Shown: piece after piece, positions 8,613 through 16,470 of the stretch | Layout of the letters: every line of letters starts with the position of its first letter | Numbering within the stretch: position 1 is the stretch's first letter | Source of the DNA: Octopus sinensis | Lineage: Eukaryota | Direction: 5' to 3' | Length of the DNA: 16,470 nucleotides | Assembly: GCF_006345805.1 (NCBI RefSeq) | Contig: NW_021825135.1 | Location: forward strand, 1-16,470 | Program-made: the position numbers and the translations under genes | The notes under the pieces: generated by a model | Database searches by the model: none | Told to the model about the DNA's origin: nothing | What the model saw: the letters and a program-made list of their open reading frames with translations, nothing else

Positions 8613-10173
8613 GTTACCGTTTCATAAACCTGGAAAATTGCTTACTTCCAATAATCATTTTTTGTTATATTTTATAAAGAAAATTAGAAATTTGAATTAT
8701 AAAATTTCAAATAAAATGCAGAATAATTAAATAAAATAACACATGAAACACACGAACATAAAAAAAAAACCAAAAAAAAACCCCAGACAAAACACACAAA
8801 GAAACACTAACAACATAAAATGAACACCAAAATAATACCAGAAAAATATGTGAAAGACAACATACATTAAAATAGTAAAAAGAAAATATAAACAAGTGAA
8901 AAGAAACTTAGGCAAGAGCACGTCTTTCCTCTGCCCGCTCCCCCCCACCCCCAGTGCCTAGCATGAACTATTGGGAAAGAACAACAAAAACACACACACA
9001 AACTACGATGGAAATTGAATTAAAGTTGCTTTAGTTTGGAATTTCATCTGAACCTAAAACCATAATCAGTCCCCCTCCCCACTTTCTTGCTCTCCTCCCT
9101 TTTCCACTCTACCCCCCCTTATTCCGACTTTATTGTTGTTGTTACTTTTGTGTAGCATTTGTTGTTGTTGTTGTATCCTTTTGTTGTCGAATTTCTGTCG
9201 GTTGCCATTTTCTCGTTCCACTTCTTATTGTTCTCCTCTTGTTATATTAGTTTTTGATGTTGTACAAGACTTGGTGTAAATGCCCATTGCTATTTTATTA
9301 GCTTCTATATCTTCGGTTGTTGGTGCAATTTTTTTTAATTTCTGTCCACAGAAATAAAGAAAGAAAGAAAGAAAGGGCACTTGTGTACAAATTCTCGCAG
9401 CCTGACACCTACGATGTGTATTTTATTTTTTGCATGTGCCTCTCATTACACATAGAATAGAAAAAGAACGCTATTTACTAATTACTCAGTTGTTTGTAAT
9501 ATATCCACAAGATCTGTAATGTTCGGTTTATCGAATAAATCGAACCTCGTATTGAACTGGTACTATAATTTATGAAACCTAAAAAGAAGAAAAGTAAATC
9601 TGACCTCAGCAGACACGAAGGGGTGATGAACAGTTCCTGGGTAAAAAGAAAATACAAGAGGATCAGTTAATTATGATCTTATTCAGTTTATTCTCTTCTC
9701 AGATAAACACACTTACCCTAGCGATCCTTCAGTTTTTCTAAGCCCTGAAAAAGAACTTGAAATTTTGGACTTCCGACTAGGCCTTTCGGGATACCAGGAA
9801 ATTTTTAACACTCCTATGTAGTAAAAAAAAGTCTGCCAGTCCATCGTCCTTGCTTTGTAATTAATTAGCGCAATGGAGAACTATTGTAGCAATTCTACGA
9901 TTCGATTGATCAAATTCAGTGCATTGTGTGATCATATAAAACAGCCAAAATGTAAATGAATGGTTTAGATGTTCGCCTCGAGGCTAAACGACCAAAAGTC
10001 CGATCACACAGCGTGACATCTTGGTGGAAAGTAATTTTTTATAGAATCGAGTGGAACCCCGCTTTGTAAGATATATAAAGGTAGATTGTATAAGTGCAGA
10101 AGTCCTCCAGGTAGATTGTACCCGTTATTGTAAAGGATCAATATTGTGAAACATCATGTCATACTGATTCAGC

Positions 10174-10207
10174 CTGAAGCTACACGTAGCTATACGTGTA
10201 CCTTCAG
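10174..10207. other. Near-perfect hairpin/palindrome upstream of the hammerhead motif
   Basis: ctgaag-c-tacacgta-gcta-tacgtgta-c-cttcag: 14 bp paired, one mismatch, 4-nt loop. Confidence 0.85.
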
Positions 10208-10227
10208 CTTATAAAAGTACACATTTA

Positions 10228-10264
10228 TTTCTGATGAGTATCAAGAGATTTGAAACCGGTCAAG
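10228..10264 (+). ncRNA. Minimal type I hammerhead ribozyme motif (stem II partly decayed)
   Basis: ttt-CTGATGA-gtatc-aaga-gattt-GAAA-ccgg-TC-aag. The core is intact, stem III is the palindrome ACCGGT, the cleavage triplet is GUC, and stem I is ttt/aag. Confidence 0.65.
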
Positions 10265-10781
10265 AATATTCTATTTTTTCTGTCGACAGAGAGAGAGAGA
10301 GAAATCGTTTATTCATAAATGTCATGACAGTGCGACAGTTCCAGTGTATTACGAGAAAAGTTTGTCATAAGCTATATTACAGATCAATAGAGAAGAGAAG
10401 ACTTAAATTAATGCGAATAATAAATTGCCAACGAAGCATTATGTATGCAAATCTAATTATTCGGTGATGCACATCCACTGTATTTAGGGACACACGCATA
10501 CTTGCGTATGTGTGTGCGTTCGTCCAGTCATTATTGAAACGAATGAGTTCTCTACAGGGGGCCATTTGTTAACAATAAACACGATAGTCTCCTCAACAAT
10601 TCTACTGAACACCCTTATTGAGTACTCCTTTGAACTGCTTCCGTGTGGACGTATTCCAGCTCGCGCATTCGCGCACGTTTGCTCTTGTTGCTGTTCTTTG
10701 GACGCAGGCTTACTTGCTTAAAGAATGTATCAGGAAGAACGATACCTTCCTAACAAACCTGCACGTTTGGTGTATCTTGGA

Positions 10782-11010
10782 AAGTGGTTCTCAACCAGGG
10801 TCCCTATGATCCTTGAAAGTCTACATAAGACTTTAAAGTTTGTGTGTCTTAAATTGGTTGAGCTTCTACATTGCCAAAAAATATTTTGCCGATATTTCTA
10901 ATAATACTTAATTATAAAAACACGAAGAATGCTTTTAAACACCGAATGGTCCCCGTGAGTCAAACAGGAATCAGAGGGGTCCACAGGCAAAAAATGGTTG
11001 GGAACCGTTT
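10782..11010. mobile_element. hAT-superfamily (Charlie-like) non-autonomous DNA transposon / MITE
   Basis: TIRs aagtggttctcaacc and ggttgggaaccgttt are 12/15 complementary and match the cagtggttctcaacc-type end. The 8-bp flanks atcttgga and atctaaga match at 6/8, consistent with a decayed 8-bp TSD. Confidence 0.75.
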
Positions 11011-11559
11011 ATCTAAGACTTTATCATCTAATATAGGCATCTGTTTTTAACCCTTTAGAGACGGCGCTCCATTTGGAGTTTCAGGCTCAAGAAGACGGAA
11101 CCCTTTTCACGAGCCCTACAGACCACGTGCATTTATTCCCCCCCCCCCAAAAAAAGTTATAAAAGTAATTACATATGTAAAACTTTCCTCCATCATTTGA
11201 CTTTTCGGTTGATACATCGAGCCTGTCGTCTCCTGATCGGTCCTGTCGTCACCACAGTAACGTTTGAGGAATGTTTGGCTATTCCTTCCAGCAAATCTAG
11301 AGATCACGTTCTATTCGACATGCGCATGCATATTTTTGTACGCGCTATTAAATATGCGTAATGCACACACATATACACACGCACGTAAGTATATGTGTGC
11401 GCGCGCACGCACACATTCAGCCATGTTTTCTACGTCCCACATTATCTCACAATCTCAATCGTTTGTCTTTCTTTTGAGATATTCATCATTGTGTTTATGT
11501 TTCTATGCAAGTGTATTGGAGCGTGGGTATGAGAGTGGCTGTAGTAGGATTTCAATCGA

Positions 11560-11670
11560 TATAGGTACGTAAAAACATACGTTCAAACACACACACACAC
11601 ACACATTTAAACAGATACGTACACATACAGATACATGCGAATATATAGGCGTTTGCATAGTGCTACGCGC

Positions 11671-11701
<31 letters not shown>

Positions 11702-11897
11702 CATATACATGCACATGGACACGTACATACATACATACATACACACATGCATATATATATATGCACACACATACACGAGCATATATACATAAACACGCTC
11801 ATGTATTCTATCCCTAGTGTTTCTTCCCTAAAAAACTCGTATATATACACACATTTAAATGCGTGTGTAAGGAATACATACATACATACAGACAGAC

Positions 11898-11981
<84 letters not shown>

Positions 11982-12024
11982 ACATATATATGTATATAAA
12001 TGTGAGTGTGTATAATGAATACAC

Positions 12025-12072
<48 letters not shown>

Positions 12073-12213
12073 CGTGTGTATATAAATAGATATACAGCTA
12101 CACAAAGAAAAATATGAATGCATTCATTGTAACCGCTCAAATGCTGTCCTACGTACATCCATAGACCTGATACAGGAATACATACACAACATCAATAAAT
12201 GAACAAATCCCTC

Positions 12214-12275
<62 letters not shown>

Positions 12276-12285
12276 CGTGCGTGAT
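11560..12285. repeat. Large alternating purine-pyrimidine block ((CA)n, (TA)n, (TG)n)
   Basis: Direct reading. Confidence 0.9.
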
Positions 12286-12557
12286 ACACCAATCACCACC
12301 ACCACAACATCATCACAAACAATCCAACTCTTGATAAGTCAAACGATATGTCGCAGCTGATATATTCAATATTTCTTTCCCCGCCGCCACCCACACACAC
12401 TCCCACCGACGCCCTTTCATACATTCGTTTTCTTTCATTTCTGTTTTGTCGCTGTACTATTTTTCGTTTTATTTTTTTTATTTATTTATTTCCTACATCA
12501 CTCTTTCTTGGATTTTATTCTGATTTACTTACCAATTTTCTTTATTTATGCACTTTA

Positions 12558-12765
<208 letters not shown>

Positions 12766-13091
12766 TGTGTAGGTTTGGGGGAATATTCTGCGGTGGACGT
12801 GTATTTTCCGAGCTTGTGAGTTCGTAACAAAATGTCCGTCGAATTTTCTTGTGTGATGTTTGTGAGGATCTGTTACGAGATGGTGGGTCGGTAGGGGTGG
12901 GTAATGTACCTTTTTATTCCTCCTTTTGGTGATGGGTGCTGCGAGGAAATATGAGAGAGAGAGAGAGAGAGAAAGAAAGTGAGAGAAAGATTTATATTTT
13001 GTCATCCAATTTTAAAATAAATCCGTTAAATAGGCCATTCCACATACGATGAGGTAGGACACTAAAATGGCTGAAGTGACATTACGTTGGT

Positions 13092-13190
13092 TACTACTAC
13101 TACCACTGCTCCTCCTCCTACTTCTCCTACTCCTCCTCCTCCTCCTCCTCCTACTACTACTACTACTACTAATAATAATAATAATAATAA
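13092..13190. repeat. Compound (TAC)/(TCC)/(TAA) array forming the tail of the adjacent SINE
   Basis: Continuous with tttctactat at the SINE 3' end (13191). Confidence 0.85.
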
Positions 13191-13398
13191 TTTCTACTAT
13201 GGGCACAAGGCCTGAAATGTTGGGGAGGAGGTTAGTCGATTACATCGACCCCAGTGTATCACTGGTACTTATTTCATCGATCCCGATAGGATCAAATGTA
13301 ATGCCGACCCTGGCGGAATGTGAACTCAAAACGTAAAGACGGACGAAATACTGCTAAGCATTTTGCCGGATCTGCTAACGATTCTGCCAGCTCGTTGC
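13191..13398 (-). mobile_element. tRNA-derived SINE, family B, full length
   Basis: Minus strand: gagctggcagaatcgttagc (A-box-like), gagttcacattcc (B-box-like), then ...gatcctatcgggatcgatgaaataagtaccag, a central segment resembling the MetaSINE-type domain (recall), and a tail ggccttgtgcccatagtagaaa(tta)n. Confidence 0.9.
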
Positions 13399-13400
13399 TC

Positions 13401-13438
13401 TATTATTATTATTATTATTAATAATAATAATAATAATA
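13401..13438. repeat. Perfect 38-bp AT-only palindrome (TAT)n/(AAT)n
   Basis: 13401-13419 tattattattattattatt is the exact reverse complement of 13420-13438, with no loop. Confidence 0.95.
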
Positions 13439-13448
13439 ATAATCATCC

Positions 13449-13657
13449 TCTCTGCTATGGGCACGAATCCTGGAATTTGTGGGCAGGGGTACTAGTCAAT
13501 TACATCGATCTCAGTGTTTCACTGGTTCTTAATCCATCGACCCCAAAAGGGATGAAAGACAAAGTCGACCTCAGGGGAAGTTGAACTTCGAACGTAAAGA
13601 TGGACGAAATGCAGCTAAGCATTTTGTCCGGCGCGCTAAGAATTTAGCCAGCTCTCC
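13449..13657 (-). mobile_element. tRNA-derived SINE, family B, full length, tandem with the previous copy
   Basis: Collinear with 13191-13398. Confidence 0.9.
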
Positions 13658-13671
13658 AAGCGCGAAATTAG

Positions 13672-13856
13672 AGCGCCAAGCATGGATGCAAAGATTGAAA
13701 ATTCGGTTTGCAACGACAAGGTCTCGGGATCAGTCCCATAGCCTGACATTGTGAGCAAGTATCGTCTTGTGTAGCCTTAGGTCAAGCAAGTCTTTATTAC
13801 TGTTATTTGGCAATCTCAAACTGTATGGCCCGTCGGGTACCCGATGCGCATATGTA

Positions 13857-13892
<36 letters not shown>

Positions 13893-13895
13893 TGG
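13672..13895 (+). mobile_element. Old, highly diverged family A SINE (5' half)
   Basis: caacgacaaggtctcgggatcagtccca...gagcaagtatcgtcttgtgtagcc...aaactgtatggcccgtcg, then (TG)n, parallels the reverse complement of 4382-4540. Confidence 0.6.
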
Positions 13896-13929
13896 GTCTG
13901 TATGATCAAATCGAGCAATTGAACATTAA

Positions 13930-14080
13930 AAATAACAGTAACAAAACACGAAGACGTGCACATGCAATGAATTAGTTTGACGTTCGGTAAAAGAGAGAAT
14001 TTTTGACGTTTCTAGCATAATTCTTCGTCAGAAAGAAAAGTAGAAAATTCCAGAGAGGAAAAAAGACCACCAACAAACAC
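13930..14080 (-). mobile_element. Short hammerhead-bearing repeat (PLE pseudo-LTR-like), minus copy
   Basis: Reverse complement aligns block-by-block with 14103-14290 (gttgg..tttttcctct, ctgga, HHR, cgtc.aa.taat, cacgtc.tcg.gtt). Confidence 0.7.
14002..14034 (-). ncRNA. Minimal type I hammerhead ribozyme motif (core intact, stem II decayed)
   Basis: Minus strand: ttt-CTGACGA-a-gaat-tat-gcta-GAAA-cg-TC-aaa; palindrome ACGT, GUC triplet. Confidence 0.7.
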
Positions 14081-14102
14081 GTGTGTAGTTACATTGCATA
14101 AT

Positions 14103-14300
14103 GTGTGTACCGTTGGCGATTTTTTTTCCTCTGTCTTCCCTTCTCTGGATCTTTCCTTCTCCTATGTTTCCGACGAAGAGCTCCGCTCGAAACGTTAAAC
14201 CCTCCTTCTTTCCTTCTTTCCTGAGCGTCCAATAATACTATATTTGTTCCACGTCCTCGCGTTGTGTTTTTTGTGCTTTCTTGTTTGGATTAACTTTAAC
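14103..14300 (+). mobile_element. Short hammerhead-bearing repeat (PLE pseudo-LTR-like), plus copy, ending at (TA)n
   Basis: Contains the HHR at 14166-14200, is homologous to 13930-14080, and its 3' end runs into (TA)6. Confidence 0.75.
14166..14200 (+). ncRNA. Minimal type I hammerhead ribozyme motif with U4C core substitution
   Basis: gttt-CCGACGA-a-gagc-tcc-gctc-GAAA-cg-TT-aaac. Stem I (gttt/aaac) and stem II (gagc/gctc) are perfect 4-bp helices, with palindrome ACGT and a GUU triplet. Confidence 0.75.
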
Positions 14301-14311
14301 TATATATATAT

Positions 14312-14557
14312 ATCACCCTCAAGCAACTCAAACATCATTGAATGACGTTATCCACAATAGGTACATATAGGACTAAATATTAAAATTATCAAAATTAATT
14401 ATTAATATTGATAGTATTAATTTTATTTAGATTATTTTAGTATTAATTTTGAAAATTTTATTAATTTCATTAATTTTCATAATTTTAATATTTAGTCCCT
14501 CTATGTACCTATTGCGGATAATGTCATTCAATGATGATTGAGTTGCTTGAGGGTGAT
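14312..14557. mobile_element. Foldback element / MITE with ~78-bp inverted arms
   Basis: 14312-14389 versus 14479-14557: 4 substitutions plus 1 indel. AT-rich 89-bp spacer, left end at (TA)n, no clear TSD. Confidence 0.8.
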
Positions 14558-14680
14558 TCTGTCTCTTAAATCTATATATATGTATATAATACAGTGAGTA
14601 ATTCATTTTAGTTCCACCAAATTGAATTTCTCTACCCTGTGGACTCGGAAATAACTTCCCTAATATTAATATATTAATTA

Positions 14681-14748
14681 TACACACGCACGCACACACA
14701 AACACACACACATACACACACACACACACACACACCATACACACATAC

Positions 14749-14824
<76 letters not shown>
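14681..14824. repeat. Compound (CA)n-(TA)n-(GA)n microsatellite
   Basis: Direct reading; about 30 GA units. Confidence 0.95.
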
Positions 14825-14825
<1 letters not shown>

Positions 14826-14986
14826 GAATTGCAGGATTCATTCGAATCCAAGTAAATCAACATGTAGGACGTCAGGATTGGCTGGGTACTTATTACTGAG
14901 CCTGAAGTTGTTGAAGCCTTTCATAGTTGTCGTTTCTTGGTAGTATACTGTAAGTACACACACACACGCACACACATATATAAACA

Positions 14987-15077
14987 CACTAGGGGCGACG
15001 TAATCGACTAACTCCTCCCCCAAAATTTCAGGCCTTGCGTCTTTAGTAGAAAGGATTATTATTATCATTATTATTAT
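14987..15077 (+). mobile_element. Family B SINE, 3' fragment with (ATT)n tail
   Basis: cgacgtaatcgactaactcctcccccaaaatttcaggccttgcgtctttagtagaaagg(att)n, the reverse complement of the 13191-13260 type. Confidence 0.85.
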
Positions 15078-15078
15078 G

Positions 15079-15280
15079 AAGGTGGTGAGCTAATAGGTTC
15101 CTTTCAGAATCGGAACAAATGATTTGCAGTATTTTTCCTGGCTAATTACATTGTGAATTTAAATCTCCTATCGGGTGGATAAAATCAATACCAGTTGAGT
15201 ACTAGGGGTCAGTATAGTCAACTTAGCGGTTCTCCCTAGAATTGCTGGTCTTGTGCTAGAATTACAAAGGATCATTGTTG
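15079..15280 (+). mobile_element. Family B SINE, old degenerate copy
   Basis: aaggtggtgagct...gcagtattt...atcgggtggataaaatcaataccagttgagtactaggggtc...gctggtcttgtgc. Confidence 0.65.
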
Positions 15281-15492
15281 TGTTAGCATCCCGGGCAAAA
15301 TGTTCAGCAGTATTTCGTTTGTCTGCACGTTCTGGGTTCAAGTTCCGGTGAGGTTGACTTTGCTTTTCATTATTAAGGAGGTTGATAAATTAAGTAACCA
15401 GTTGAACACCGCGGTTGATGCAATCGAGTAGCACCCTCCCCCACAATTCCTGGCCTTGTGCCAAAATTTCAAAACCATTTATTATTATTATT
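15281..15492 (+). mobile_element. Family B SINE, near full length
   Basis: gttagcatcccgggcaaaatg...gggttcaagttcc...gttgactttgcttttcat...ggccttgtgccaaaatttcaaaacc(att)n. Confidence 0.85.
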
Positions 15493-15705
15493 TCTTTTTT
15501 GTTGATTTTCTTGCTTTCTAAAACGTTAAGTATGTCTTTCAATCTACGGACGAAAATTCCTGGAATGCTTGGAAGAAAACGTGCCGAAAACCTCCCATCC
15601 CTCTCCTCACACCAAAATCTCTCCCTCAACACCACAACGCCAATAAAAACAGACACACTAAGAGAAAACAACGGAAATTTAAAAACAACAAATGCGAAAA
15701 AATAT

Positions 15706-15744
15706 GAATAATAATAATAAATATATAAAAATAATATATAAAAA

Positions 15745-15803
<59 letters not shown>
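15706..15803. repeat. (TAA)n-rich microsatellite
   Basis: Direct reading. Confidence 0.9.
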
Positions 15804-15804
<1 letters not shown>

Positions 15805-15906
15805 GACAAACATAAGGACAATAAGATGAGTCAAAATTTATGGAATCTATCTTGCTTCATTCATAATGTTCCGATATCTGCTCTAACCTTCTTGGTTAAA
15901 GAATTA

Positions 15907-16450
15907 CATACATACATACATACATATATATATACAATCATACATAGGCACAAATATACATATGCATGCATATGTATATGCGTGCGCGTGCATACACACG
16001 CACACATACATAGAAATGGATACATCTACACGTGAGCATATACATCTATATGCGTACAGATATCGATATACATACGGTTATATATGTAAGCATATGTATA
16101 TGCATATATGTATACACATATATACGCTCATATATACACGTACATATGTGTACATACATATATGCAAATATATACGTAAACGTACACATATATACATACG
16201 GTTTTATATGTGTATTTGTATACACACACACACATATTTATATATACACACATAGATATCACATACGTGAACTCTGTATCCGTGCGTGTGTATGTACGTG
16301 AATATATATATATATACACACACACATATAGATAACACATACACGAACTCTGTGTGTTGTGTATATATACAGATATTCACACTCACGCACGTTACACACT
16401 CGCACACATTACACACGCACACACATATTACACACACACACACACACATA
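15907..16450. repeat. Degenerate alternating purine-pyrimidine block ((CA)/(TA)/(TG))
   Basis: Direct reading. Confidence 0.9.
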
Positions 16451-16470
16451 CGAGTATGTCTCCCACGAAA

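Noticed and set aside
9521-9545. 11-bp hairpin gttcggtttat-cga-ataaatcgaac
   Set aside because: Isolated, AT-rich and without associated features; within chance expectation for 16 kb.
9918-10070. Faint resemblance to a Penelope GIY-YIG C-terminus (SALCDHIKQ ... TPLC) upstream of the 10231 hammerhead
   Set aside because: Too short and interrupted by stops. A TBLASTN/HMM hit to PLE endonucleases would be needed.
11047-11060. TTAA-CCCTTTAG, piggyBac-like left end
   Set aside because: No matching right end (...AGGG-TTAA) found in the window.

Overview
Repeat-rich, AT-rich eukaryotic (animal) genomic DNA with no confidently callable intact protein-coding gene. Almost all ORFs in the track are translations of microsatellites. 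From recall of the SINE sequences (not a database search), it is most likely an octopod cephalopod. Contents: 11 tRNA-derived SINE copies from four families, a dead L1/Tx1-type reverse-transcriptase fragment (7258-7658, minus), a hAT-type MITE (10782-11010), two foldback elements next to (TA)-type repeats, and many simple repeats. The main signal is four minimal type I hammerhead-ribozyme (HHR) motifs with palindromic stem III: 3579-3662 (-), 10228-10264 (+), 14002-14034 (-) and 14166-14200 (+). This architecture is known from Penelope-like element (PLE) pseudo-LTRs and non-LTR retrozymes. One HHR sits inside a 34-bp foldback, and two form a head-to-head inverted pair beside a 78-bp foldback. 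Every copy carries at least one lesion, so activity is unproven. The class is known; whether these particular families are described cannot be determined without searches.
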